From contig CAWGSK010000009.1 in assembly GCA_963825055.1 (NCBI GenBank), forward strand, positions 192,001-256,000: DNA of 64,000 bases, read 5' to 3'. Below, one piece after another: positions 28,318 to 38,724 of this stretch. Positions within the stretch are counted from its first letter, which is position 1; the number at the start of each line of letters is the position of its first letter. This DNA comes from an uncultured Gemmatimonadales bacterium (GTDB taxonomy: Bacteria > Gemmatimonadota > Gemmatimonadetes > Gemmatimonadales > GWC2-71-9). Both the position numbers and the translations under genes were made by a program. The notes under the pieces are model-generated. The model made no database searches and had not been told where the DNA came from. It was given only the letters and a program-made list of their open reading frames with translations.

Positions 28318-31269
28318 ATGGTGGCAGGCTTGGTGGACCTTCTTCAGTCGATTCACACCCTGACCGACCTCCCGGCGCTGGCCGATCGCCTGGGCGGCCA
28401 GCCATGGTTCGAGGAGGTCCCCGGACCTCCTCTTCCGGGAGCAATCCGGGTGGGACGGTCGGGAGAATTTTCCTGGTATGGGATCGAAGCTTCCGGGGAG
28501 GCAGCAACCAGGAGAGCCGCCAGATCGATCGCGCGGGCAGGCGAGTCCGCCGGAGTCCTGGCCCTGGACACCGCCGGGCGCCGGCTGACCATTGCCGTGG
28601 CTGACACGGTCCCGGCTTCGCGCACGGTCGACCTGCGCCAGCCGGCGGCGGTGGACCTTTCCTGCCTTCGCCGGATGGCAGCGGGGGGCGAGTCGGGGTC
28701 CGCCCTGGCCCGGGCTGCGCAGCTGGCGGCCATGCTTCGCCTTGAGGATGCGGGCCAGCGGTTCTTCCGCGCGTTTCACCAGTTACTGGGCCGTTTTGCC
28801 CGCGCCATTCCTCATCGAGACCCTTCCCTCCGCGCCCCGTTGGCGCTCCTGCAACTCACCAGGGTCCTCTTCCTCTACTTCGTGCAGAGCAAGGGATGGC
28901 TGGACGGCCGGCCCGCCTTCCTGCGGGAAGAGCTGGATCGGTGCCTGCGGCGCCGTCGCCATGTTCACCGCCAGTTCCTGAAGCCACTCTTCTTCGGCAC
29001 CCTCAACCGCCCTGCAGCCGGGCGTGGCCCCGTGGCGGCAGGGCTGGGGCGCGTCCCGTTTCTCAACGGGGGCCTGTTCGAGCCGCACCCACTGGAGCGG
29101 TCATGGCGGGGCGTTGTCCCGAACCACCTCTGGCAGGAGGCCTTCGACGACGTTTTTGAGCGTTTTGCCTTCACGGTACACGAGCCGGACGTGGAGATGA
29201 TCGCTCCCGACATGCTTGGGCGCGTCTTCGAGGGAGTAATGGCCCCGGATCACCGGCATGCTACGGGCGCGTACTACACGCCGGCGGCCCTGGTGACCCA
29301 GGTCGTCAACCAGGCCCTGGCGGCATGGCTTGCACGGCGGACTGGTATGACGGCAATCGACGCAATGGACGCCCTTCGACGGCCGTCTCCTGAGATTCGC
29401 CTGCTGTTGCGCCAGCCGACCATCCTCGATCCGGCCGTCGGGAGCGGAGCGTTCCTGGTGGGAATGCTCGAGCGCCTCACCGACCTGGACGCTCCGTCCC
29501 GCTCGCGTCGCCATGTGGCAAGACGACGGATCCTGACGCGGCTCTTCGGCGTAGACCGGGACGCGATGGCGGTACGCCTGACCGAGCTGCGGCTGTGGCT
29601 GGCGGTCGTGGCCGACGATCCCACTCCCGTCGACGGGCACGTCCGGCCACTCCCCAATCTCGACTGCATGGTGAGACAGGGAGACTCATTGATGGACCCC
29701 CTGTCGTGGAGCCTGAGAATGGACCGCAGCGGGGGGCCAGTACCGGCCTTGCGGGAACACCGCAGGAACTTCCTGAGCGCCACGGGCGCAGGCAAGAAGG
29801 AAGCGGCACGTGCGCTCCGCGTGGCCGAGCATGCCGCGGCCTCCGCGCTGGCCGCTCGTGCGGAAGCGCGGGCACTGGAGCGGATACGGCAGCTTGTGGC
29901 GGATGCGCGTGGAATCGATCTCTTTGGCCACGCGACGAGGATGGATCGCCAGGGGCGGCGGCGGTTCCTGGTCGCACGCCGGACATGGCATCACGCCCGG
30001 GGCATTCGCCGACGCCTTTCCATCGAACGGGAGGTCCCGTGGTTTCAGTATGAGGTTGCCTTCGCCGACGTTCTCGCCGGAGGCGGCTTTGACCTGGTAG
30101 TGGGCAATCCTCCCTGGGTAAGAGCGGAGCGACTTTCGCCTGCGCTCCGGGCCCACCTCACCGGACGCTATCGCTGGTGGCGGACGGGGCGCGCAACCGG
30201 GTCAACGCACCAGCCCGACCTTGCCATCGCCTTCCTCGAACGTGCGGTGGAACTGGTGTCGCAGGACGGCGTGGTTGCCCTGCTCCTGCCGTCCAAAACT
30301 GCGACGTCCGGCTACGCGGAGTGTGCCCGGCTGGGCATGAGCCGGCAACTTACGCTCCACACCGTCGCGCCAATGGCAGCGGAAACGGGTGCATTCCCAT
30401 CTGGCGCATACCCGATGCTCATCGTGGCGATCCGGTCCGCACCCGCAGGGGGCAACGTCATCACGAGCCTCGGCACGCCACCCCGCGCGCTTCCGCAGGA
30501 GCACTTTGCGGGTGGAGGACCATGGGTCATCACCACAGCTGATATTGCCGATGCGGTTCGGTCCATCAGCGGATTCCCGACTCTTGGCAGTGAGCTGGAT
30601 GTGCACCTCGGCGTGAAGACGGGCGCGAACGCGATCTTCCTGCACCGGGAGCCCCCCGTCGAGGAGGAACTCTTCCGGAAAACTGTCCGCGGACGGGACC
30701 TGGCCCGCGCCAGCATCCCCGGCGGGATGAGAATCATCTGGACGCATGACTCGACGGGCGACGTCCTGAAGGACCTGCCTCCTCGTGCCGAGCAGTACTT
30801 CTCCCGGCATCGCAACGCGCTGGTTTCGCGGCGTGACTATCAGGGGGGCCCACCATGGACGCTCTTCCGGACCGCCGGACTCCGCCTTCCCTTCCGGGTC
30901 GCGTGGCCGGACCTCTCGCGGGAACTGGTGGCGTTTCTCCTGCCGGATCGAGTGATCCCGCTGAACACCTGCTACTACATCCCCTTCGCGAATCAGGCCC
31001 GTGCCTGTGCGCTCCGGGCATGGCTGGGCTCGACGTGGATCCGTGCGCTGGCGCGGCTTCATGCCGACGCGGCCCGGGGCGGATACAGGCGGTATAACGC
31101 GCGCTGCCTCAGGATGCTGCCGCTGGTGATGGACGGGCCAACCGGGGCGGCGCTGGCGGCGGCAGACCAGAGAACGGCCGACGGCATCGTAGCAGAATCG
31201 CTCGAGCTCACGCACGGCCAGAAGGCCGCTCTGCAACGTGTCCTGGCCGGCGCCGCGCGTTCTCGCTGA
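28318..31269 (+). CDS. N6-adenine DNA methyltransferase, Eco57I/type IIG-like, with TaqI-like C-terminal region
   Basis: FLNGGLF, GAYYTP, motif I ILDPAVGSGAFL, FGVD, GDSL, motif IV VGNPPW. Confidence 0.88.
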   Translation: MVAGLVDLLQSIHTLTDLPALADRLGGQPWFEEVPGPPLPGAIRVGRSGEFSWYGIEASGEAATRRAARSIARAGESAGVLALDTAGRRLTIAVADTVPASRTVDLRQPAAVDLSCLRRMAAGGESGSALARAAQLAAMLRLEDAGQRFFRAFHQLLGRFARAIPHRDPSLRAPLALLQLTRVLFLYFVQSKGWLDGRPAFLREELDRCLRRRRHVHRQFLKPLFFGTLNRPAAGRGPVAAGLGRVPFLNGGLFEPHPLERSWRGVVPNHLWQEAFDDVFERFAFTVHEPDVEMIAPDMLGRVFEGVMAPDHRHATGAYYTPAALVTQVVNQALAAWLARRTGMTAIDAMDALRRPSPEIRLLLRQPTILDPAVGSGAFLVGMLERLTDLDAPSRSRRHVARRRILTRLFGVDRDAMAVRLTELRLWLAVVADDPTPVDGHVRPLPNLDCMVRQGDSLMDPLSWSLRMDRSGGPVPALREHRRNFLSATGAGKKEAARALRVAEHAAASALAARAEARALERIRQLVADARGIDLFGHATRMDRQGRRRFLVARRTWHHARGIRRRLSIEREVPWFQYEVAFADVLAGGGFDLVVGNPPWVRAERLSPALRAHLTGRYRWWRTGRATGSTHQPDLAIAFLERAVELVSQDGVVALLLPSKTATSGYAECARLGMSRQLTLHTVAPMAAETGAFPSGAYPMLIVAIRSAPAGGNVITSLGTPPRALPQEHFAGGGPWVITTADIADAVRSISGFPTLGSELDVHLGVKTGANAIFLHREPPVEEELFRKTVRGRDLARASIPGGMRIIWTHDSTGDVLKDLPPRAEQYFSRHRNALVSRRDYQGGPPWTLFRTAGLRLPFRVAWPDLSRELVAFLLPDRVIPLNTCYYIPFANQARACALRAWLGSTWIRALARLHADAARGGYRRYNARCLRMLPLVMDGPTGAALAAADQRTADGIVAESLELTHGQKAALQRVLAGAARSR

Positions 31270-33484
31270 GGACCTGGCCCTTGTGCGTGACCCGCTTCGC
31301 ACCTGGTTCGGCCCCCTGCCCGCCGTGCGAGTGGAGCAGGCACTGGCCGCCATCGGGGCGGCGCTTGTCCGGCCTGAAGCACCCGACCCTGTCCCCTGCT
31401 GGCTGCGTCCCGGGCAGGCTCGCTCCTACCGCCAGCTGCTGCCGATCCTGAGAAAGCACCACGGCGCCATGCTCGCCGATCCTCTCGGGTCCGGGAAGAC
31501 CTGGATAGCCCTGGCGGCAGCCGCGCGCTGGCACCACCCGGCACAGGTATTTGCTCCGGCAGGCCTGATCGAACAGTGGCACGTCGCCGCACGACAGGCC
31601 GGGACGGGGATCATCGCGTGGAGCCATGAGCGGGTCAGCCGGGGGAACATGCCGCGGGACACGGGCGGCCTCGTCATCGTTGACGAGTCGCATCACTACC
31701 GAACCCCTTCCACCCACCGCTACCGGAACCTTGCGCGCTGGCTCAGGCGCCGACGGGTCCTCATGCTGAGCGCGACCCCGGTCATCAACCGGTTGCCGGA
31801 CCTCGCGCAGCAACTGCTTCTCGGTATCAGGGATGACGCCCTGCTTCCCCATGGATGCGCCTCCATCGCGCGGGCCCTGGCGGCTGGCGAAGTCCCCGTC
31901 AGTCTGGGAGAACTCGTCGTCTGCAATCGCGTGTCCGCGACAGGCCGTCCCGTGCGTCATGCGACGGGGCATGAGATCCCCCTGACCCGGGGCGAGGGTG
32001 AACTTCTCGCGGCGCTGGATCGCCTGTCGCTGTCGAGCCGTCCACCCGTCGCCTCCCTGATACGGGGGCTCCTCGTGCGGGCGCTGGCATCGAGCCCCGC
32101 GGCCCTTCTGGCAGCCCTCCATCGCTACCGCAGCCTCCTGCTTCATGCCCGGGATGCCGCACGCTCCGGACTCTGCTTCGATCGCGCCGCCCTGCGACGC
32201 TGGGTGGGTGAGTTGCCGGGGCAACTCGTGCTCTGGGAGCTGGTTGCCGGCGATGCCAGTGATTCCGACCTGGCCATCGAGGACGTCGGCCTCCTCGATG
32301 AGATCATCGGCGCGGCGCACGCGGCATCCCAGGCGCCGGACCAGCGCGCACGGCGATTGGCCGATGTGCTGGAGGACGGGACACGCACTATCGTTTTCAC
32401 GACGCATCGCGCGACTGTGAGCTATCTCCGCCAGCACCTTCCAGCCCGGGTATCGTGGTGCACGGGTTCTGCCGCCGGCGAGGGCACCTTCCGTCTCCCC
32501 AGGGTGCATGTCCTGCGGCGCTGGGCACCGGGGGCCCGCGAGAAGGGGCCGACAACGCTCGTGACCACGGACGTGAGCGCCGAGGGGCTGAACCTGCAGT
32601 CCGCCGCCAGGGTCGTCCACTACGACCTCCCCTGGACTGCGGCGAGAGTCGACCAGCGTGAGGGCAGAGTGCATCGCCTGGGGAGCCCGCATGCTCGCGT
32701 GGAGGTCGTCCACTTCCGGCCGCCCGCCGCGATCGAGCAGCGCCTGTCCCAACTCGCGCTGCTGGACCGGAAGGCACGACTCCCCCGCCTTGCGGGCGTC
32801 GGGGATGCCCCCGAAGCAGGCTGGGCCTGGCGGGATACAATGGCAGAAAGACTCGACGCCGCGGACGCCCATGCGGGAGTGGCGTGGATTGAAGGACGGG
32901 AAGCGGCCATCCTCGCCGCGGTCGAGCTCCGTCATGCCGGGCCGGAGAGCACGCTTTTCCTCGAGGCCTGGCAGTCTGCGACCGGGTGGTCGGCGGATCC
33001 GGCGATGCTCTCCCGACTCCTCACGCTCGCCGAAAGTTCGCGGCCGGCACCTGCAGACACCGAAGCACTCGATCACGCTCTTACAATGATGACTGCGCGC
33101 CTGCGCACGCATTTTCAGCGGGCGTTGAGTGAGGCGCCCGCTCTCGACCACGTGAAGGAAGGACTCATCTCACGTGTCCGCGCACTCGTAGTGGAGTCTG
33201 TCCGTCAGCGGAACGATGCGGGACTCGCACGGGCGGATCGAGCGCTGCGGTTCATCCGCAGCGGACACACGGCGGGGGAATCGCTCTGGCTGAGGGATCT
33301 GCTCCGAGCGGACGATGCGGCTTTCCGGAACGCCATGCACCGCATGCCGCTGGTGACGCCGCCGATGCTCCCGGGGACTCCCCGGCTGGTCGCGCTGCTC
33401 ATGTTCCGCGGGGCGCCTGCGGCGCGCGGGGGGGGGGGGGCGGTGTCTGTGCGATCGGCTCGTGGGCGTGACGGTGCGGTGTGA
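31238..33484 (+). CDS. SNF2-like superfamily 2 helicase/ATPase
   Basis: ADPLGSGKT, DESH, SATP, EGLNLQ, YDLPW, QREGRVHRLG; the last ~25 codons lie in corrupted-looking sequence. Confidence 0.85.
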   Translation: MSWPAPRVLAEDLALVRDPLRTWFGPLPAVRVEQALAAIGAALVRPEAPDPVPCWLRPGQARSYRQLLPILRKHHGAMLADPLGSGKTWIALAAAARWHHPAQVFAPAGLIEQWHVAARQAGTGIIAWSHERVSRGNMPRDTGGLVIVDESHHYRTPSTHRYRNLARWLRRRRVLMLSATPVINRLPDLAQQLLLGIRDDALLPHGCASIARALAAGEVPVSLGELVVCNRVSATGRPVRHATGHEIPLTRGEGELLAALDRLSLSSRPPVASLIRGLLVRALASSPAALLAALHRYRSLLLHARDAARSGLCFDRAALRRWVGELPGQLVLWELVAGDASDSDLAIEDVGLLDEIIGAAHAASQAPDQRARRLADVLEDGTRTIVFTTHRATVSYLRQHLPARVSWCTGSAAGEGTFRLPRVHVLRRWAPGAREKGPTTLVTTDVSAEGLNLQSAARVVHYDLPWTAARVDQREGRVHRLGSPHARVEVVHFRPPAAIEQRLSQLALLDRKARLPRLAGVGDAPEAGWAWRDTMAERLDAADAHAGVAWIEGREAAILAAVELRHAGPESTLFLEAWQSATGWSADPAMLSRLLTLAESSRPAPADTEALDHALTMMTARLRTHFQRALSEAPALDHVKEGLISRVRALVVESVRQRNDAGLARADRALRFIRSGHTAGESLWLRDLLRADDAAFRNAMHRMPLVTPPMLPGTPRLVALLMFRGAPAARGGGGAVSVRSARGRDGAV

Positions 33485-33623
33485 CGTGGCGACGGGGCGC
33501 GGGGGGGCACTCTCCTCTCGCGGGTCGTGCTGCCGGCATGGACCGGGGCATCTGGATGGGCGCGACGACGCTGTGCTCGCCGGCGCGCTGCGCGCGGACG
33601 GCGCGCGGGTGTAGGGGGGGACA

Positions 33624-35033
33624 GTGACAGGACCACTGCCTCGTGTGCGCGACGTGCTCTCGGCGGTGCTCCGGCGGAGGCCACGGTCGGCGCGCGATGA
33701 TCGCCTCGGTGTGGCCGCGATGCGCGGGCAGGGCGGCGGGAGACACGCTGCCGGCGGTGCTATGGCGCGCGGGCGTCGCCTCGGCGCGTACGCCCCTGGT
33801 GGGGGTCACGCTGGCCGGGGCACGTCGCGCTGGTCGCCGGGGGGCGCGCGGCGGGGCAACCCCATCATCTGGGACACCGCGCGCGCAGACGTAGCTGTGG
33901 GCTATCCGCCACCACGCCGAACCTCGCTCGATGGGGCGGGGGGAGGGGGGCGGCACGCCCGGCTCCCTGAACACGGGGGCCATGCCGGGATGTTCACGGG
34001 CCTCCACGTGCATGAACTCGGCCTGAACTGGCGGACACCGATTCGGACGGAAGCTCCCACCCTCGCCGGGACGCTCGGCGCGCACGGGTATCACACCGCC
34101 GGGTTCGTGGCCAACTTGATTTCGGCATCCAGTGAGACGGGACTCGCACGCGGGTTCGATCGTTACGACGACTTCCCTCACGACTGGAAAACGATCGTCG
34201 CCACGACCATGGTCGGCCAGCGCTACCTGCGCTGGAGCCCGTTCTTCCGGGGCCCCATGCGCCTATACCCACCCCGGCGCGCCCCGGAAATCACCGACGC
34301 ATTCCTGGACTGGTCCGCAGGCAGGTCCGGCCCCTGGTTCGCCTTCCTGAACTACTTCGATGCGCACGATCCGTACTACCCCCCTCCCGGCTATCAGCAG
34401 CGGTTCCACTCCGGCCGCAGCGTGGACCGCTACAACGGGGCCATTGCCCTGCTGGACAACGAACTTGGCCGCCTGCTGCTCGCACTGCAGGAGCGCGGCG
34501 TGCTGGACCGGACCATCGTCGTCGTCACGTCGGACCATGGCGAGCTGTTCGGCGCGCATGGCCTGCGCCAGCACGGCAACGCGCTCTACACCCAGCTCCT
34601 GCATGTGCCGTTCGTGATCCGCGCGCCGGGCCGGGTGCCGGCCGGCCTCCGGGTCAGCCACGCCGTCAGCATGGCCGACCTGCCCGCGACGCTCGTCTCC
34701 CTCGCCCTTCCCGGCACGGCGCACCGGCTGCCGGGGACGTCGCTCGCGGCGGCGTGGCAGGAGCCGGACGCCCTCCCCGACACCCTCATCGCCGGCGTGC
34801 CCCGTGGGGAAAATACGCCCCCGTATGAACCCGTGTCCCGCGGCAACATGACTTCCCTGCGCACAGGCCCCTGGCACCTGATCATGAACGGCGACGGGGT
34901 CCCCGAGCTCTACCACCTGGGCCATGACTCCCTGGAGTACGAGAACCTGGCACCGAGGCCCCCCACCGATTCTCTGGTCCAGGCGCTGCGGGCACGCGTG
35001 CCCCCCGCGTGGCACCACCAGGGCGGGCACTGA
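33624..35033 (+). CDS. Sulfatase family protein (N-terminus corrupted)
   Basis: WDTARA, HAGMFTG, NYFDAHDPY, TSDHGE, HG-x-x-LY...HVP; true start not determinable. Confidence 0.8.
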   Translation: MTGPLPRVRDVLSAVLRRRPRSARDDRLGVAAMRGQGGGRHAAGGAMARGRRLGAYAPGGGHAGRGTSRWSPGGARRGNPIIWDTARADVAVGYPPPRRTSLDGAGGGGRHARLPEHGGHAGMFTGLHVHELGLNWRTPIRTEAPTLAGTLGAHGYHTAGFVANLISASSETGLARGFDRYDDFPHDWKTIVATTMVGQRYLRWSPFFRGPMRLYPPRRAPEITDAFLDWSAGRSGPWFAFLNYFDAHDPYYPPPGYQQRFHSGRSVDRYNGAIALLDNELGRLLLALQERGVLDRTIVVVTSDHGELFGAHGLRQHGNALYTQLLHVPFVIRAPGRVPAGLRVSHAVSMADLPATLVSLALPGTAHRLPGTSLAAAWQEPDALPDTLIAGVPRGENTPPYEPVSRGNMTSLRTGPWHLIMNGDGVPELYHLGHDSLEYENLAPRPPTDSLVQALRARVPPAWHHQGGH

Positions 35034-35072
35034 GGCGCTTCCGTTTTACTTACCTGCGCTACGTTCCGCGCC

Positions 35073-35715
35073 ATGCCAGCTCCCCGCGCCCTGCTCTTCG
35101 ACCTCGATGGCACCCTCATCGACTCGATCCGTCTCATCATCGACAGCTACCACCACACCCTCGCCACCCACGGGCTCCCCGCCGCGGACGGACGAGGTCT
35201 GGCTCGCCGGCATCGGCACGCCGCTCCGGACCCAGTTCGCCGACTGCTGCCCCGACGAGGAGACGATGGAACGGTTCATCGCCACCTACCGGGAGTTCAA
35301 CCTCTCCAACCATGACCGGTACGTGACGGTGTACGACGGCGTGGCATCCATGATCGACGAACTTCGCCGCCGAAGCGTCCCGATGGCCCTGGTCACCAGC
35401 AAGAGCAGGAACGGCGCCCTCCGCGGGCTCGGCCTGGCAGGGTTCGCCGACGCGTTCTCCTGCCTGGTCTGCGCCGACGACGTCACCCACCCCAAGCCCG
35501 ACCCGGAGCCGGTCCACATGGCCCTGGAGCAGCTCGGCGCCGACCCCGCTGATACGGTATTCATCGGGGACAGCCTGCACGACATGGCCTCCGGGCGCGC
35601 GGCCGGGGTACGGACGGGAGCGGTACTCTGGGGCCCGTTTTCGCGGGGCCACCTCGAACCGGCGAACCCGGACTACTGGCTCTCCAGACCCGGGGATGTC
35701 CTGGACCTGTTCTGA
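35073..35715 (+). CDS. HAD hydrolase (PpaX/Gph-like), frameshifted near 35180
   Basis: FDLDGTLIDS in one frame; VTSK, KPDPEP and GDSLHD in another. Confidence 0.85.
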
Positions 35716-35797
35716 ACTCCCTGGCGGCCCCGCCGCGGTCTTGTCACGGCGAAGCAACGGAGTATCTTCACGGCGCCTCTCTCTTCGGAGCCAGTCC

Positions 35798-36418
35798 GTG
35801 CGCCTCCTCCCCCGCGATGAACGCTTTTTCGAGCTCTTCACGGCGGTCGCCACCCTGACGCTGAACGCCTCGCGCCTGCTCCGGGAGATGCTCGAGGCCG
35901 ACCCGGACCGTCGGGTCCACCTGATCGACCAGATCAAGCGGGCCGAGCACGAAGCCGACGAACTCACCCTGGAAGTGGTGACCCGGCTCCACCGCTCCTT
36001 CATCACGCCGCTCGACCGCGAGGACATCCACCTCCTCGCCAACCACCTCGACGACATCATGGACATCATAGACGGGACGGCCCGCCGGGCCGCGATCTTC
36101 CGGATCGGGAAGTCGCCCCGGGGAGCCATCCTGATGGCCGGCGTGATCGAGCGTGCCCTCGAGCAGTTGCTGACCGCCGTCAAGGAACTGGAGTTGGGCC
36201 GGAGAGACCGCCTGTCGCCCTCGTGCCAGGCCGTGAAGAAGCTGGAGGAGGAAGGAGATTCGATCTACCACGAGTGGCTTGCGAAGCTCTTCGACAACTC
36301 GGAGGATGCGCTCACGGTCATGAAGTGGAAGGAGATCTACGACAACCTCGAACGGACGCTGGACCAGACCGAGGACGCCGCCAACATCCTGCAGTCGATT
36401 TCCATCAAGAACTCCTGA
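35798..36418 (+). CDS. DUF47 / PhoU-like phosphate transport regulator
   Basis: EHEAD, FITPLDREDI, LEEEGD; directly upstream of pit. Confidence 0.92.
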   Translation: MRLLPRDERFFELFTAVATLTLNASRLLREMLEADPDRRVHLIDQIKRAEHEADELTLEVVTRLHRSFITPLDREDIHLLANHLDDIMDIIDGTARRAAIFRIGKSPRGAILMAGVIERALEQLLTAVKELELGRRDRLSPSCQAVKKLEEEGDSIYHEWLAKLFDNSEDALTVMKWKEIYDNLERTLDQTEDAANILQSISIKNS

Positions 36419-36420
36419 CC

Positions 36421-37455
36421 ATGGACAGCACCATCGTCTATGTGCTGGTGATCGTCGGAGTCGCCTTCGTCTTCGACTTCATCAACGGCTTCCACGACAG
36501 CGCCAACTCGATCGCCACGGTCGTGGCCACCCGGGTACTGTCCCCCGGCGTTGCGGTGTTCTGGGCGGCGTTCTTCAATTTTGTCGCGGCCTTCGTAGTG
36601 GGCACGGCGGTCGCCAAGACCCTCGGCAAGGGCCTGATCGACCCCAGCGTGGTGGACCCCTCCGTGGTGCTGGCCGGACTGCTCGGCGCAATCATCTGGG
36701 ACCTGATCACCTGGTGGCTGGGCCTCCCGACCTCCTCCAGCCATGCGCTCCTCGGCGGGTACGGCGGCGCGGCCATCGCCAAGGCCGGCTTCGGCTCGCT
36801 CATCCTGTCCGGCTGGATCAAGCCGATCCTGTTCATCGTGCTGAGCCCGCTGATCGGCATGATCCTCGGGATGATCCTGACGGTCGGGCTCAGCTGGGCC
36901 TTCCACAAGAGGCCCGCCCAGCCGGTGGAGAAGCTCTTCCGACGCCTCCAGCTCCTCTCCGCCGCCCTCTATTCGCTGAGCCACGGCGCCAACGACGCCC
37001 AGAAGACCATGGGCATCATCGTCGGACTGCTGGTGGCGACCCAGGTCCACTTCGCCGACGCGACCGGCCTGCTTTCCCACCTGTACCTCACCAATGCCGA
37101 CCACATCCCGCTCTGGATCATCCTCTTCGCCCATCTGGCCATCGCGCTGGGCACGGCGGCCGGCGGGTGGCGGATCGTGAAGACAATGGGCACCCGGATC
37201 ACCAAGCTCCGGCCGTTCGGCGGGTTCTGCGCCGAGACGGCAGGCGGCCTCACCGTGCTCATGGCGTCGCATCTTGGCGTGCCCGTCAGCACGACGCACA
37301 CGATCACCGGTGCCATTGTGGGGGTGGGAAGCAGCCAGCGGATGTCCGCGGTGCGCTGGGGAGTCGCGAGCCGGATCCTGTGGGCCTGGATCCTGACGAT
37401 CCCGATGGCCGCGGTCATCGCAATGCTGTCGTTCCTGCTGCTGCGGGCGTTCTAG
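36421..37455 (+). CDS. pit: Inorganic phosphate transporter (PiT family)
   Basis: GFHDSANSIAT, PTSSSH, HGANDAQK, PVSTTH. Confidence 0.95.
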   Translation: MDSTIVYVLVIVGVAFVFDFINGFHDSANSIATVVATRVLSPGVAVFWAAFFNFVAAFVVGTAVAKTLGKGLIDPSVVDPSVVLAGLLGAIIWDLITWWLGLPTSSSHALLGGYGGAAIAKAGFGSLILSGWIKPILFIVLSPLIGMILGMILTVGLSWAFHKRPAQPVEKLFRRLQLLSAALYSLSHGANDAQKTMGIIVGLLVATQVHFADATGLLSHLYLTNADHIPLWIILFAHLAIALGTAAGGWRIVKTMGTRITKLRPFGGFCAETAGGLTVLMASHLGVPVSTTHTITGAIVGVGSSQRMSAVRWGVASRILWAWILTIPMAAVIAMLSFLLLRAF

Positions 37456-37465
37456 GGATACGGCC

Positions 37466-38608
37466 TCAGGCGGCGACCGTCCGCGGCGACCGGATGGCCT
37501 GCTCGTACGTGCCGATGAGGTCGTCGAACACACGATCCCATCGCCGTTCACATGCTGTCTCGCGGGCTCCCGCCGCGAGCCGCCGACGGAGTGCCTCGTC
37601 CTCCAGCAGCCGCTCGAGCCCCTCGGCGATCGCCGCCGCGCTTCCCGGCGCGACCAGCCATGCATTGTCCCCGTGCCGCGCGAACTCCACCACGCCCCCT
37701 GCCGCCGCCGCGAGGCTCGGCAGGCCGGAACTCATCGCCTCCAGCAGGACGTTCCCGAAGGTCTCCGTGGTGGAGGGGAAGGCGAAGATGTCGGCGGAGG
37801 CATATGCGGCCGACAGGTCGACGGACTGCTTGACGCCGGCCAGACGCAGGCCGGGGATTTCCCGCTGGCGGAGCTCGTCCTCCATCGGCCCCTTGCCGAC
37901 CAGGACGAGCTTGACGTCGTCGCGCCGGCCCAGGAGCTCCCAGGCACTCACCAGCAGGTCCAGGTCCTTCTCCCGCGCGATCCGTCCCACGTAGGTGATC
38001 AGGAGATCGCGCGGGCCCACGCCGAGTGACTCGCGATAGGCCTCCTTCCGGAAGCGCGGATGGAAGAGCGAGGTGTCCACGCCCCGGCTCCAGAGGCCGG
38101 TGTGCGGGATTCCACGGGCATTGAGGTGCCGCTCGTAGACCCCGGACGGGCAGAGCACGACGCCCGCCTGGCCGTAGAACCAGCGCAGGTAGCGCCAGCC
38201 CGCGCGCATCACCCAGTCGAGCCCGTAGCGCGAGGCATAGCGTTCGTAGTCGGTGTGCGCGGAGGCGATGACGGGCACACCGAGCCGGCGCGCGACCCGG
38301 AGGCCCGCGACCCCCATCGTGAATTCCGTGGCGACATGCACCAGGTCAGGCCGGAACCGCGAGGCGTCCTCCACCACACGGCGGGTGCGCGGGAAGGCCC
38401 ACTGGACATCGGGATAGAGAAAGAGCGGAATGCTGGGTGAGCGGTGAACGTCGTCCCGGTCGGAGGCGCCGGGAGGAATCGAATAGGTGGCGGAATAGAC
38501 CCGTACCTCGTGCCCCCGCTGCCGAAGCGCCTCGCTCAGGCGCAGCAGGGTCACGCCCACGCCACTGACCATGGGCCAGTACACCTCGGAGAACAACGCA
38601 ATACGCAT
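37466..38608 (-). CDS. GT4 glycosyltransferase
   Basis: SGV, HT, RGVD, VGRIAREK, ETFGNVLLEAM (EX7E). Confidence 0.92.
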   Translation of the reverse strand: MRIALFSEVYWPMVSGVGVTLLRLSEALRQRGHEVRVYSATYSIPPGASDRDDVHRSPSIPLFLYPDVQWAFPRTRRVVEDASRFRPDLVHVATEFTMGVAGLRVARRLGVPVIASAHTDYERYASRYGLDWVMRAGWRYLRWFYGQAGVVLCPSGVYERHLNARGIPHTGLWSRGVDTSLFHPRFRKEAYRESLGVGPRDLLITYVGRIAREKDLDLLVSAWELLGRRDDVKLVLVGKGPMEDELRQREIPGLRLAGVKQSVDLSAAYASADIFAFPSTTETFGNVLLEAMSSGLPSLAAAAGGVVEFARHGDNAWLVAPGSAAAIAEGLERLLEDEALRRRLAAGARETACERRWDRVFDDLIGTYEQAIRSPRTVAA

Positions 38609-38724
38609 CGGTCCAAGCTAAGAGCCGCGGCCAATCCCGGGCAAGCACGCGCCCGGCATGGACTATCCGGCGGCCCGGGCTTCAATTACGACGAGACTGC
38701 CACAACCTCCTCCCGGGAGCGCAG

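Noticed and set aside
28318..33484. Calling the locus BREX, DISARM or a prophage/ICE island
   Set aside because: No pglZ/brxC/drmABC partners, integrase, att repeats or tRNA visible
35160..35200. Programmed frameshifting in the split genes
   Set aside because: No slippery heptamer or stimulatory element seen; sequence error is more parsimonious
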